A stretch of 64,000 nt of DNA from an uncultured delta proteobacterium (GCA_963798485.1 CAWCTR010000030.1:96001-160000), one strand, 5' to 3'; counted from the first letter of the stretch, positions 40,936 through 51,155 are shown. A program made the numbers and translations. The notes: generated by a model not told the origin, from the letters alone.

Positions 40936-42165
40936 TTACAGTCCATAACAGGAATCATTCGAAGGCGTCGAGATTTTTGTAGCCTGTGCGTCAAGCTTCT
41001 CCGCATGCCAGGGCAGACCCTGGCGTGCAACCTCTTCAAGGAAGGGCTCCGGTGGAAGCTGTTCGACGTTGTATACGCCCTTACCGCTCCAGATGCCCTT
41101 CATCATCATAATGGCGCCGGTCAAGGCAGGGACACCGGTCGTATACGATACGGCCTGGGCTTTCAGTTCGCGGTTGCACGCGGCATGGTCGCATACATTG
41201 TAAAGGATGTACTCTGCCGGCTTGGCCCCTTTCACACCCCGCATGATGCAGCCGATGGACGTCTTTCCGGTGTAGTTCTCGGCCAGCGAGGATGGTTCAG
41301 GAAGAAGCTGCTTGAGGAACTGCAGAGGGATAATTTCAACGCCGTTGTATTTGACCGGATCGATTCTCGTCATGCCGACGTTCTGCAGGACTTCCAGGTG
41401 CTTGATGTAGTTGTCCGAAAAGGTCATCCAGAAACGGATCTGTTTGAGGCCGTGGATATTCTTAACCAGCGATTCCTCTTCTTCATGATAAATCAGATAG
41501 GATTTGCGCGGGCCCACCTGCGGGTAATCGATCATGCAGGAAATGCTCAAGGGGTCGATCTCGATCCACTCCCCTTCTTTCCAATACCTGCCGCGCTGAG
41601 TGACTTCGCGGATATTGATCTCCGGATTGAAATTGGTGGCAAAGGCCTTGCCGTGGCTGCCGTCGTTGCAGTCAATGATGTCTATGGTGCTGATCTCATC
41701 GAACAGGTTTTTCTGGGCATAGGCGCAGAATATGCTGATCACGCCGGGATCAAAGCCGCAGCCGAGCACCGCCATGATGCCTTTGTCGCGGAAGCGGTCC
41801 TGATAGGCCCATTGCCACGTATAGCTGAACTTGGCCTCGTCCTTGGGTTCATAATTAGCCGTGTCCAGGTAGTGAACACCGGTGGCGAGGCAGGCATCCA
41901 TGATAGGCAGGTCCTGATAAGGCAGCGCCATGTTGACCACGAGATCCGGCTTGAGCTCTTCAATCAGACGAATAACCTGCGCCGCGTCATCCGCATCAAC
42001 CTGCGATATGGTGATATCGGAATTGCATTCCTTCTGGACCTTGCGACATTTTTCCAGCGTCCTAGACGCCAGGTGGATCTTCTTGAAGACATTGCGATTC
42101 AGGGCGCATTTCTTGGCCACCACGGATCCCGCCGACCCGGCACCGATGATGAGGATGCTGTTCAT
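40936..42165 (-). CDS. Carboxy(nor)spermidine dehydrogenase (saccharopine dehydrogenase family)
   Basis: IIGAGSAG, ALPYQDL.IMDAC, YLDTANYEP, GCGFDPGV, FATNFNPEINIREV, QAVSYTTGVP. Confidence 0.92.
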   Translation of the reverse strand: MNSILIIGAGSAGSVVAKKCALNRNVFKKIHLASRTLEKCRKVQKECNSDITISQVDADDAAQVIRLIEELKPDLVVNMALPYQDLPIMDACLATGVHYLDTANYEPKDEAKFSYTWQWAYQDRFRDKGIMAVLGCGFDPGVISIFCAYAQKNLFDEISTIDIIDCNDGSHGKAFATNFNPEINIREVTQRGRYWKEGEWIEIDPLSISCMIDYPQVGPRKSYLIYHEEEESLVKNIHGLKQIRFWMTFSDNYIKHLEVLQNVGMTRIDPVKYNGVEIIPLQFLKQLLPEPSSLAENYTGKTSIGCIMRGVKGAKPAEYILYNVCDHAACNRELKAQAVSYTTGVPALTGAIMMMKGIWSGKGVYNVEQLPPEPFLEEVARQGLPWHAEKLDAQATKISTPSNDSCYGL

Positions 42166-42188
42166 GGTTCTACTCCTATTGTTTTTAT

Positions 42189-42245
42189 TGCAGGAGCGCC
42201 TTCAGGCGCGATCATGCGTCCATCGCGGCTTAAGCCGCTCCTACA
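42189..42245. repeat. GTAG-family REP doublet, copy 2
   Basis: TGCAGGAGCGCCTTCAGGCGCGAT...ATCGCGGCTTAAGCCGCTCCTACA; supplies the speB stop codon. Confidence 0.8.
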
Positions 42246-43072
42246 ATTCGTGCAGAGCATTCTTTCTTCCAAGCGCAATAAGGCACTCCCTTACCACCTT
42301 CGCCGCCACAACGGCTGAGACCCCTGTTGGGTCAAGCTGTGGGGCGAGTTCAACAACATCAAGGCCCACAATGTGAAGTCTGGTTATGATTGAGATAAGG
42401 ATGGTGATCAACTCATTGAATATGAGCCCGCCCGGCTCCGGGGTGCCTGTGCCGGGAAAGATCGACGGGTCGAGAATGTCGAGGTCGCAGGTGAGGTAGC
42501 AGGGCTTGGTCCCTGTCCTTAAGGCGATTTGTTCGGGCAGGGATATCATATCGCTTACCAGGACATGCTCCTGCCTTGTGCACGAGCGGATGCCTATCTG
42601 CCGTACGCTTTCAGTGCCCAGGAGGTCCAGTACCCGGCGCATGACCGTGGCATGCGACAGCCTCTGGCCCAGGTATTCTTCCCGCAGGTCTGCATGGGCG
42701 TCCAGGTGGATGACCTTCAGCTCAGGGTATATCTTGGCAGCGGCACGTATGGCGCCCAGACTCATCAGGTGCTCTCCGCCCAACAGGAAAGGGGTCTTTT
42801 CGCTCGGATAAGATATTATGTGTGGTTTCTTCAATGAGTTCGAGCGCAGGGATCGGGTCGCCGAAGGGGAGCTCCAGATCTCCCTTGTCCATGAAGGAGC
42901 AGTCTTCCAGGTCAGCGATCTGGATGAATGAGAAGGTCTCCAGCCCATAGGATGCCTCACGGATCGCACCAGGCCCGAAACGGGACCCTGGACGGAAGCT
43001 TGAAGTGGAATCAAAAGGCGCGCCGAAAATACAAATGGCCCCTTCGGGGTTGGAAGCCATAAAGGTGCTCAT
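42241..43072 (-). CDS. speB: Agmatinase with one frameshift in a 4-base homopolymer near 42797-42800
   Basis: GAPFDSTSSFRPGSRFGP (ORF 42722-43072) joined to GGEH, HLDAHADLR, SHAT, DLDILDP, PGTGTPEPGG (ORF 42241-43014). Confidence 0.88.
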
Positions 43073-43100
43073 AGTACGTTATATCCACCCCCCCTTTCTT

Positions 43101-43637
43101 TTAAAAGCTCGGTGGGGCAGAGATCCACAGGATCTTTGCCGTTTTATCTGATCTGTTCTCAAGAGAGTGCTTCTTGTTTGCCGTATAGTAGAAAGCATCC
43201 CCTGACTGCGCGCTGTAGGCCTCTTTACCAAGGTTTATGATGATCTTGCCCATGAGCACGATCCCGCATTCGTCGCCGTAGTGGGCCCTCTCGGGTTCGG
43301 TTCCTGCATCGGGGGCAATGGTCACCAGGAGCATGTCCACTTCCCGGTCCTGGGCTGCTGCGATGAGCACTTCCCGCTTCACGCCGTCTTCCTCTTCAAT
43401 GGTGACACGCTGTCTGCGGTTGAACACCACCACATCCCGGTCTTCCTCTGCGAAAAACTCGCCGGCATTGGTATCAAGTGCGTTCAGTATGAGTTCCAGG
43501 GTGTCCAGAGATGGAGACTGAAGGTCGCGTTCCAAAAGCGAAATGAAACCTTTGGTAAGGTCGGCCCTATTGGCAAGATCTTCCTGGGTAAGACCTTGGG
43601 CGAGCCTCAGATTTTTGATCTTTTCACCAATGTTCAT
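43101..43637 (-). CDS. XRE-family HTH + cupin transcriptional regulator (PuuR-like)
   Basis: IGEKIKNLR..GLTQEDLA..LTKGFISLLER..SPS; cupin HYGDECG; first gene of the polyamine operon. Confidence 0.9.
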   Translation of the reverse strand: MNIGEKIKNLRLAQGLTQEDLANRADLTKGFISLLERDLQSPSLDTLELILNALDTNAGEFFAEEDRDVVVFNRRQRVTIEEEDGVKREVLIAAAQDREVDMLLVTIAPDAGTEPERAHYGDECGIVLMGKIIINLGKEAYSAQSGDAFYYTANKKHSLENRSDKTAKILWISAPPSF

Positions 43638-43767
43638 CTCTTTCTCTCGAACGACTTAAGTGTATCTAATAGTTTATTGTAGTAAACTGTTTTACGCGGT
43701 TTATTATGATAAATGACCCCCCTCTGTCAAGGGATATTTTATGGGGTTTGATGATAGGCGTAAAAGA

Positions 43768-44544
43768 TTACAGTGCTTTGAATTTGTTTTTGGATTGACC
43801 GATGCGGCTAACCGGCCGGTAGGGGTCGTGCTCATAGACAAGCTGCCATCCCTTCCGGATGGCTTCATTGAGGATCTTTTTCTTGGTTTCGAGTATCTCC
43901 AAGGGGTAGAGGTCATAGGACATGATGCAGGGCAGATGCACGTGGGCGGCAGTGGGGATGAGGTCGCCCGGATAGAGAACTTCATCATCGATGAGCACGC
44001 TCATATGCCCGCGCGTATGTCCGGGGGTTGCCAGGACCTGGATGCCATCTACTATTATGCAGGGCGGATCTACCAGATGCAGCTTTTCCCCGAGAAGATC
44101 AAGATCGGCCTTCCGGTAGCTCCCTTTGCTCAAGAGGCTCTTGCTGTGTGCGTCTTCCCACTCCAGGCGCGAGATGACCACCTCTGAACGCACGGTCATA
44201 TCATGGATGCCTCCGCAGTGATCGAAGTGGAGATGGGTGCAGATGAGACAGTCAACCGGTTCTTTCATGAGACTGACCTGTTCGAGGGTGGTGCCGAGGA
44301 TGTCCCAATCCTTTTTGGTGTAGAGTGATCCGAGGCCGGTATCCACGAGATAGGTCCTTCCTTGCTTGTTGATACGCAGGATATTGGTGGCCATGACGAT
44401 CCGGTTCTGCTCGTCCGGGGGAAACCATGTCTCCCACATAACCTTCGGCACCCGCCCGAACATGCCGCCGCCATCCAGCAGGAAGTTGCCGCAGTTGATG
44501 ACTTCAATGGTTGTGCCGTGTTTGGTCGTAAAGGTCATGCCCAC
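43768..44544 (-). CDS. MBL-fold metallohydrolase (YtnP-like)
   Basis: LDGGGMFG.VPK, VDTGLG, THLHFDHCGG, TPGHT.GH, GDLIPT, EHDP. Confidence 0.88.
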   Translation of the reverse strand: MGMTFTTKHGTTIEVINCGNFLLDGGGMFGRVPKVMWETWFPPDEQNRIVMATNILRINKQGRTYLVDTGLGSLYTKKDWDILGTTLEQVSLMKEPVDCLICTHLHFDHCGGIHDMTVRSEVVISRLEWEDAHSKSLLSKGSYRKADLDLLGEKLHLVDPPCIIVDGIQVLATPGHTRGHMSVLIDDEVLYPGDLIPTAAHVHLPCIMSYDLYPLEILETKKKILNEAIRKGWQLVYEHDPYRPVSRIGQSKNKFKAL

Positions 44545-44657
44545 AACGGACCACTATCATGCTGAAATACACCTTGTAAAGATCAGGGATTTTTAGGGTG
44601 TACGTCGCGGCATTGTCTTTCTTGTATGCATGCCTTATAGATGACAAGGGTATCTGT

Positions 44658-45530
44658 ATGAAAATGAACAACAGCAGCCGGGGTATGAATAACGGTAAAA
44701 TTCACCTGCTGTTCCAGACTGTGTTCATCCTTGCAGGTATGGGTGGTTTATTCGGCCTGCTCGGCTGGATGATCTTCGGGACAACAGGGTTCCTCTGCGC
44801 CCTTGTTATCGCCTTTTTGTTTTTTCTATTCACCCCAAAGGTATCTCCCTGGCTGGTGCTCAGGATGTATAGGGCAAGGAGGTTATCTTATAATGAAGCC
44901 CCTGGCCTTTTTGATATTGTGATGGATTTCTCAAAAAAGGCCGGGCTTTCTACTATTCCTCTCCTGTACTATGTGCCGAACCGCATGATGAACGCATTCA
45001 GCATAGGCTCGGCCAAAGGCTCGGCCATTGCCCTTTCTGACGGTATCGTGAGATATTTAGGGCGGCGTGAAATCGCCGGCGTGCTGGCCCATGAGATAAC
45101 CCACATTAAAAACAACGATCTCAGGCTCCATGCCCTGGCGGATCTTATGACCAGGATTACAAGCCTCCTATCGTTCCTTGGTCAGGCCTTGATAATCCTC
45201 TACCTCCCCATGGTCTTCTTTTCAAAAACGGATATCCCCCTCATCCCTATCCTCCTGCTCATCTTCGCACCTTCCGTGAGCGTACTGCTTCAACTCGCCT
45301 TGTCACGTACCCGTGAGTTTGATGCAGACCTTGGCTCTGCAGAATTGACCGGTGACCCAATGGCCCTCGCCTCGGCATTACAGAAAATGGATCATTACGA
45401 GCGAGGCATATGGGACATTGTGTATTTACCAGGACGGAAACAGTCTCATCCATCCATATTGAGGACCCACCCGAATACAAAAGAGCGGCTGGAAAGGCTT
45501 TCTGCTCTTGCAGAAAAGAGAAATACATAA
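44658..45530 (+). CDS. HtpX-like M48 zinc metallopeptidase
   Basis: NAF, GVLAHEITH, LSRTREFDAD, LASALQK, THP; start uncertain. Confidence 0.88.
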   Translation: MKMNNSSRGMNNGKIHLLFQTVFILAGMGGLFGLLGWMIFGTTGFLCALVIAFLFFLFTPKVSPWLVLRMYRARRLSYNEAPGLFDIVMDFSKKAGLSTIPLLYYVPNRMMNAFSIGSAKGSAIALSDGIVRYLGRREIAGVLAHEITHIKNNDLRLHALADLMTRITSLLSFLGQALIILYLPMVFFSKTDIPLIPILLLIFAPSVSVLLQLALSRTREFDADLGSAELTGDPMALASALQKMDHYERGIWDIVYLPGRKQSHPSILRTHPNTKERLERLSALAEKRNT

Positions 45531-45638
45531 GGGTATTGGGGTTTGACTGAATTGGCCCTTTAGTGTTAATGAGTATTAGATTGATTCGAGAGATAGTCAC
45601 GGAAATATTCAAGAAATTCAAAGCAAAGGGGAGTAGGA

Positions 45639-46751
45639 ATGAAGAGAGCACTGATTTTCTTGCCGGCAATCGCATTCATGATGGTTGCCGGTTCGCTCTT
45701 TGCGGCGGATACGATCAAATTCGGGGTAGCGGGCGCACACAGCGGAGACCTTTCGTCCTATGGTCTTCCCAGTTTAAATGCGGCAAAGCTCGTGGTGGGT
45801 GAGGTGAATGCCAAGGGCGGTATTCTCGGCAAGAAGGTGGAGATCCTTCCTGCGGACGATGTATGTAAGCCCGAAGTGGCTGCCAATGTTGCAAGCAAGC
45901 TTGTATCCGACGGCGTCAATGTCGTACTCGGTCACATTTGCAGTGGCGCAACAAAGACCGGCCTTGGAATTTACAAAGAAGCAAAGATAATAACGATGTC
46001 TCCTTCTGCAACGAAAACAGACCTGACCATGAGTGGTGAATACCCGAATTTTTTCCGTACAATAGGATCAGGTGATTATCAAGCAATGATTATAACAAGG
46101 TTTGCTTTAAAGAGGCTCAAGCTCAAGACGTTCGCATTGATACATGACAAAGGTGACTACGGTAAGGATGTTGCTGAATCTGCGATGAAGTATCTCAATA
46201 AGGTTAGTGGTGTTAAAGTGGTGCTCTTTGAAGGTATTACACCTGGTGCTGTCGACTATTCAGCAATTGTACAAAAAATCAATCGTTCAAAAGCAGAAGC
46301 GGTAATTTATGGTGGATATCATCCCGAGGCTGCAAAGATAGTTGTGAGGATGAGAAACAAGGAAATGAAGACTCTTTTTATTTCTGATGATGGTGTTAAA
46401 GATGATACCTTCATTAAGGTAGCAGGAAGTAATGCAGAGGGAATATATGCGACAGGCCCAGCTGATACATCCAAGAACCCCATGGCCATTGCAGCCAATG
46501 AGAAGCACAAGAAGACATTCGGTACCGATCCGGGGGCATTTTATCTGAATGCATACGCTGCATCCCTGTGCCTGCTTCAGGCCATCGAAAAGGCCGGCTC
46601 CACCAATTACGATGCAGTTTCCCAGGCGTTGCGTACCAACTGGTTCGAGACACCGCTCGGAAAGATCAGCTTTGACAAACACGGCGATGCCAAAGGAATC
46701 AGCTTCTCCATGTACCAGGTACAGAAGGGTATGTACGTAGAGGTACAATAG
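45639..46751 (+). CDS. livK: Branched-chain amino acid ABC transporter substrate-binding protein
   Basis: INAKGG-like VNAKGGILG, DDVCKP, GHICSGAT, FFRT, YGGYHPEA. Confidence 0.9.
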   Translation: MKRALIFLPAIAFMMVAGSLFAADTIKFGVAGAHSGDLSSYGLPSLNAAKLVVGEVNAKGGILGKKVEILPADDVCKPEVAANVASKLVSDGVNVVLGHICSGATKTGLGIYKEAKIITMSPSATKTDLTMSGEYPNFFRTIGSGDYQAMIITRFALKRLKLKTFALIHDKGDYGKDVAESAMKYLNKVSGVKVVLFEGITPGAVDYSAIVQKINRSKAEAVIYGGYHPEAAKIVVRMRNKEMKTLFISDDGVKDDTFIKVAGSNAEGIYATGPADTSKNPMAIAANEKHKKTFGTDPGAFYLNAYAASLCLLQAIEKAGSTNYDAVSQALRTNWFETPLGKISFDKHGDAKGISFSMYQVQKGMYVEVQ

Positions 46752-46831
46752 CAAATGAATCCCTTGAAAGGGGATGGGAAACCTACGTCCCTTTACTTTT
46801 TCAAATAAGGAACATATCATCTAAGGTATAC

Positions 46832-47731
46832 ATGGACTACTTCTTAGAACTCTTCTTCGGCGGGCTCATACGCGGCAGTATTTATGCACTCATTGCTTTG
46901 GGCTATACCATGGTCTACGGGATTATAGAGCTCATCAACTTTGCCCATGGTGAGATCTATATGATCGGCGCCTTTACGGCCCTGATCGTTGCGAGCGCGC
47001 TGGCTCTCATGGGTATGAGCGGCTGGTCGCTTCTTGTTCTGGCCGGGATAGTGGCCATGATATATTCGGCAGCCTACGGGTTTACCCTTGAGAAGATCGC
47101 CTATAAGCCCCTACGCAAGGCCCAGAGGCTCTCGCCTCTTATCAGCGCCATCGGTATGTCTATTTTCCTGCAGAATTATGTACTGCTTGCCCAGACATCC
47201 GATTTTGTCTCTTTCCCGGCATTAATCAAAGAATTCACCTTCATGAAGAATGTAACCATAATGCGTTCCTCGGAACTGGTAATCTTTATAACCACCATAG
47301 TGGCCACGACCCTGCTTACACTCTTCATCAAGTTCACGCGCATGGGCAAGGCCATGCGTGCCGTGGCCCAGGACAAGACCATGGCCATGCTGCTCGGCGT
47401 GAATGTGAACCGGGTCATCTCGGTGACTTTCATCATCGGGAGCGCCCTGGCAGCTGTCGGGGGTGTGCTCATATCATCTTATATCGGGCAGATCAATTTC
47501 TCTATCGGCTTCATCGCAGGTATCAAGGCCTTCACTGCGGCTGTCCTTGGCGGCATAGGCAGCATCCCAGGCGCCGTTCTCGGCGGCATGATACTAGGAT
47601 GGACCGAGAGCTTTGCAACAGGCTATGTATCGAGCGACTACGAAGACGTGTTCGCCTTCGGCCTGCTCGTGTTCATCCTCATTTTCAGACCCGCAGGAAT
47701 CCTCGGGAAGACCACCTCGGAAAAGGTGTAA
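46832..47731 (+). CDS. livH: Branched-chain amino acid ABC transporter permease
   Basis: YALIALGYTMVYGII.LINFAHGE, KAFTAAVLGGIGS. Confidence 0.93.
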   Translation: MDYFLELFFGGLIRGSIYALIALGYTMVYGIIELINFAHGEIYMIGAFTALIVASALALMGMSGWSLLVLAGIVAMIYSAAYGFTLEKIAYKPLRKAQRLSPLISAIGMSIFLQNYVLLAQTSDFVSFPALIKEFTFMKNVTIMRSSELVIFITTIVATTLLTLFIKFTRMGKAMRAVAQDKTMAMLLGVNVNRVISVTFIIGSALAAVGGVLISSYIGQINFSIGFIAGIKAFTAAVLGGIGSIPGAVLGGMILGWTESFATGYVSSDYEDVFAFGLLVFILIFRPAGILGKTTSEKV

Positions 47732-47742
47732 AGACTTAAACC

Positions 47743-48993
47743 ATGAACACTGATACGAAATCTTTTATGCAGCGGGCCTTAGGAGAGATCACTCAATCGG
47801 GCATGGCTGCGCTGTGGTTTATGTTCCTTACCTTTCCCCTCATGGTCATGAAGGTCAATACGCTGGACCGTACAATTCAGTGGCGCTGGATGAACATGCT
47901 TTATGTAGGTATCGGTGCGTTTTCTCTCTCTTTTGTCTGGCGCTACCTCCTCACGCGCAAGGAAACAGGGGCGTCCAGGGATGATGCCGAGACCTGGCAG
48001 AAGAGGGCAGGCAAATTCATCCGGTCGGATAAACGCATTTATATACCCTGCATGGCATGCTTGGCTCTCTTTGCTGTCATCTTTCCATTTTTATTTTCCA
48101 GTTACCAGACCTCCATCATGATCACGGCGCTCATGTATGTAATGCTGGGTCTGGGGCTCAATATCGTGGTTGGACTGGCGGGACTGCTCAACCTGGGATA
48201 CGTGGCATTCTATGCGGTAGGCGCCTATTTCTATGCGCTCATGAATCATCATTTCGGGCTCGGCTTCTGGGTGGCCCTGCCGCTCTCCGGGGTCTTGGCG
48301 GCCACATTCGGTATCCTACTCGGCTTCCCGGTGCTCCGCTTACGGGGTGATTACCTGGCTATTGTCACACTGGGTTTTGGTGAGATCATCAAGCTTATCC
48401 TGGAGAACTGGAACGGGTTGTCGTATGGCCCAAGCGGTATTGCCGGGATATCCAGGCCTTCTACCTTCGGTATTCAACTCACCCTCCAGCAGCACATGGT
48501 CTACCTCTACTACATCATGATCATGCTGGTAATCTTTACCATGCTCGTGGTGGGCAGGCTTAGGAACTCACGGATCGGAAGGGCATGGATAGCGCTCCGC
48601 GAAGACGAGGTAGCCTGCCAGGTCATGGGGATCGACAAGACCGCCACCAAGCTTATGGCCTTCGCACTTGGCGCTACATGGGCTGGGTTTGTGGGCTGCA
48701 TCCTGGCAGCCAAAACCACCTTCATCAACCCTGCGAGTTTTACCTTTATGGAATCGGCCATGATCCTCTCCATCGTGGTGCTGGGAGGTATGGGGTCAAT
48801 AGTGGGGGTGATGGTGGGCGCCTTTATCCTCATCCTACTCCCCGAGTATCTGAGGGCCTTTTCCGAGTACCGCATGCTTGCCTTCGGTGCAAGTATGGTT
48901 CTCATCATGGTCTTCAGGCCGCAAGGCATCATCAGCGGCATCAGGCAGCGATACGAGTTTCATCAGGAAACCCCCGAGGTGGCCCAGAAATGA
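47743..48993 (+). CDS. livM: Branched-chain amino acid ABC transporter permease
   Basis: LGLNIVVGLAGLL.LGYVAFYAVGAY, LRLRGDYLAIVTLGFGEI. Confidence 0.93.
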   Translation: MNTDTKSFMQRALGEITQSGMAALWFMFLTFPLMVMKVNTLDRTIQWRWMNMLYVGIGAFSLSFVWRYLLTRKETGASRDDAETWQKRAGKFIRSDKRIYIPCMACLALFAVIFPFLFSSYQTSIMITALMYVMLGLGLNIVVGLAGLLNLGYVAFYAVGAYFYALMNHHFGLGFWVALPLSGVLAATFGILLGFPVLRLRGDYLAIVTLGFGEIIKLILENWNGLSYGPSGIAGISRPSTFGIQLTLQQHMVYLYYIMIMLVIFTMLVVGRLRNSRIGRAWIALREDEVACQVMGIDKTATKLMAFALGATWAGFVGCILAAKTTFINPASFTFMESAMILSIVVLGGMGSIVGVMVGAFILILLPEYLRAFSEYRMLAFGASMVLIMVFRPQGIISGIRQRYEFHQETPEVAQK

Positions 48994-49787
48994 CAGCCAT
49001 GAAGCCTGTGCTCGACATCAGGGGGCTCACCATGGACTTCGGGGGTCTGCGGGCCATCGATACGATCAGTATCCAGGTGAATAAAGGGGAGATCGTGGCA
49101 TTGATAGGCCCCAACGGAGCAGGCAAGACCACATTCTTTAATTGCATCACCGGTATCTACGAGCCTACCAAAGGAGACATGATCATCAATCCGCCCGGTA
49201 AGGCCTCCCGCAGGATAAATAAACTCAAGCCCAACATCGTCACCAAGCACGGTCTGGCGCGCACCTTTCAAAACATACGGCTTTTCCAGAAGATGACCGT
49301 GCTGGAAAACGTCATGGTGGCAAGGCACTGCAGGACACACTCGGGTATTGCAGGGGCCATCTTCAGGGACAAGAAGACACGTATGGAAGAGCGGGAGATA
49401 GTGGATTTCTCCTACCGGATGCTCGAAAAGATGGGGCTTTCCCACTATGTGAATGAGCCGGCCCGGGAGCTTCCTTACGGGGCTCAGCGAAGGCTCGAGA
49501 TAGCCCGGGCCATGGCCACCGAACCCTTCCTGCTCCTCCTGGACGAACCGGCAGCCGGTATGAACCCCAAGGAGACCGGGGAGCTCGACGAGCTTATTAC
49601 CCGGATCCGTGATGAAGACGGGATCTCCATCCTCCTTATCGAGCACGACATGAAGCTTGTCATGAGCATATCCGAGCGCATCTATGTCCTTGACTATGGG
49701 CAGATGATCGCCCAAGGGACACCCAGAGAGATAGTCGAGAATCCAAATGTCATCAAGGCATATCTCGGGGAGGCCTTTGATGCTTAA
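48990..49787 (+). CDS. livG: Branched-chain amino acid ABC transporter ATPase
   Basis: FGGLRA, GPNGAGKTT, RTFQNIRLF, LPYGAQRRLEIARA, IEHDM. Confidence 0.93.
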   Translation: MTAMKPVLDIRGLTMDFGGLRAIDTISIQVNKGEIVALIGPNGAGKTTFFNCITGIYEPTKGDMIINPPGKASRRINKLKPNIVTKHGLARTFQNIRLFQKMTVLENVMVARHCRTHSGIAGAIFRDKKTRMEEREIVDFSYRMLEKMGLSHYVNEPARELPYGAQRRLEIARAMATEPFLLLLDEPAAGMNPKETGELDELITRIRDEDGISILLIEHDMKLVMSISERIYVLDYGQMIAQGTPREIVENPNVIKAYLGEAFDA

Positions 49788-50487
49788 GGTAAAGAACCTC
49801 CATACCTACTACGGCGGTATCCATGCATTGAAGAGTGTTTCCCTGGAGCTTGCCCAAGGCGAGATAGTGACCCTGATAGGTGCCAATGGCGCAGGCAAGT
49901 CCACTACACTTATGTCCATCTGCGGCATCGCGCCGCCGCGATATGGCGAGATCCACTTTATGGGCCGGCCCACCCAAAATATGAGTCCTGACAAGATATT
50001 CGCCTTAGGCATCGTACAGGTTCCTGAGGGCAGGAGAATATTTCCCAACATGACCGTTACTGAGAATCTTGACATGGGGGCATACCTGAGAAAGGACAAG
50101 GCCGGCATCAAAGGAGACCTTGATTATATCTTTAACCTCTTTCCCCGCCTGGCGGAACGGCGCCACCAGTCAGGTGGGACGCTGTCCGGCGGCGAGCAGC
50201 AGATGCTCGCCATATCCCGCGGACTCATGAGCAGGCCCAAGCTCCTGCTGCTGGATGAGCCGTCGCTGGGATTGGCGCCGGTGCTCGTACAGCTTATCTT
50301 CGAGACCATCAGCAAGATCAACCGCGAGAACAAGACCACAATATTCCTCGTGGAGCAGAACGCCAACATGGCGCTTCGCATAGCGCACCGGGGTTATGTG
50401 ATAGAGAGTGGTGCAATCGCCATGGAGGATACCGCATCAAACCTTTTAAAGAGCGAGAAGATCAAGGCGGCGTATCTGGGGCTATGA
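49780..50487 (+). CDS. livF: Branched-chain amino acid ABC transporter ATPase
   Basis: GANGAGKST, VPEGRRIF, LSGGEQQMLA, VEQNA. Confidence 0.93.
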   Translation: MLKVKNLHTYYGGIHALKSVSLELAQGEIVTLIGANGAGKSTTLMSICGIAPPRYGEIHFMGRPTQNMSPDKIFALGIVQVPEGRRIFPNMTVTENLDMGAYLRKDKAGIKGDLDYIFNLFPRLAERRHQSGGTLSGGEQQMLAISRGLMSRPKLLLLDEPSLGLAPVLVQLIFETISKINRENKTTIFLVEQNANMALRIAHRGYVIESGAIAMEDTASNLLKSEKIKAAYLGL

Positions 50488-50533
50488 ATGTTTTTATCTG
50501 ATTTGATATATGATATAAAGGGGAAGATCGATA

Positions 50534-50762
50534 ATGCAGATCCATTTTTCACGGCATGCGAAGAGGAGAGCACGGCTTTATAACATAGCAGAATCGATGA
50601 TAGTGGATGTATTGAAATGATAGAGAATTGTCACAGGGTGAGCATGAGATTATAGAAAAGATGGCAGGGATAGGGTATCCTGTGAAGATCGTTGTTCGTG
50701 TTGAGGATGATATAATAACGGTTATAACGAGTTACCCTTTAAAGAAGGGGAGATCGAAATGA
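50534..50762 (+). pseudogene. DUF4258-like putative toxin, frameshifted near 50615
   Basis: MQIHFSRHAKRRARLYNI...VLK*; removing one A from TTGAAATGAT gives ...DRELSQGEHEII...KIVVRVEDDIITVITSYPL, ending with an ATGA overlap on DUF2283. Confidence 0.7.
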
Positions 50763-50986
50763 AAGTATGTTACGACAAGAAGGTAGATGCACTGTATATC
50801 AAGCTGGGGACCAGGTCACCGGATGGGGTTGTTGAGATTTCAGAAGGTGTCAACTTGGATACCACCTCAGACGGAAAAATCGTTGGAATAGAGATCCTCA
50901 ATGCCTCCAAAAAAATGGATATCAATACAATTCTCTCATATCAGCTTGAATTTGATAAAAAGTTGCTGACTCAAAAGGTTGCCTAA
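50759..50986 (+). CDS. DUF2283 domain protein (putative antitoxin)
   Basis: YDKKVDALYIKL, NLD...GKIVGIEILNAS. Confidence 0.88.
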   Translation: MKVCYDKKVDALYIKLGTRSPDGVVEISEGVNLDTTSDGKIVGIEILNASKKMDINTILSYQLEFDKKLLTQKVA

Positions 50987-51063
50987 CTGTTAGCTCCACA
51001 GGACGGTTGATTGACAGACACAGGACATAGGTTACCTTTTACTCCCCATAGTGGTGAATCCGC

Positions 51064-51126
51064 TGTAGGAGCGGCTTCAGCCGCGATTTTATCTCACCCA
51101 TGATCGCGCCTGAAGGCGCTCCTACA
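51064..51126. repeat. GTAG-family REP doublet, copy 3
   Basis: TGTAGGAGCGGCTTCAGCCGCGAT...ATCGCGCCTGAAGGCGCTCCTACA. Confidence 0.85.
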
Positions 51127-51155
51127 GACGTTGCAATAATCGTCGATTCTACAAT

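Noticed and set aside
41005-42318. 437-aa plus-strand ORF
   Set aside because: Antisense shadow of CASDH, as expected in GC3-rich DNA.
48585-48989. Long N-terminal extension of livG in the ORF track
   Set aside because: It overlaps livM in another frame; the ATG at 48990 overlapping the livM stop gives a normal-length LivG.
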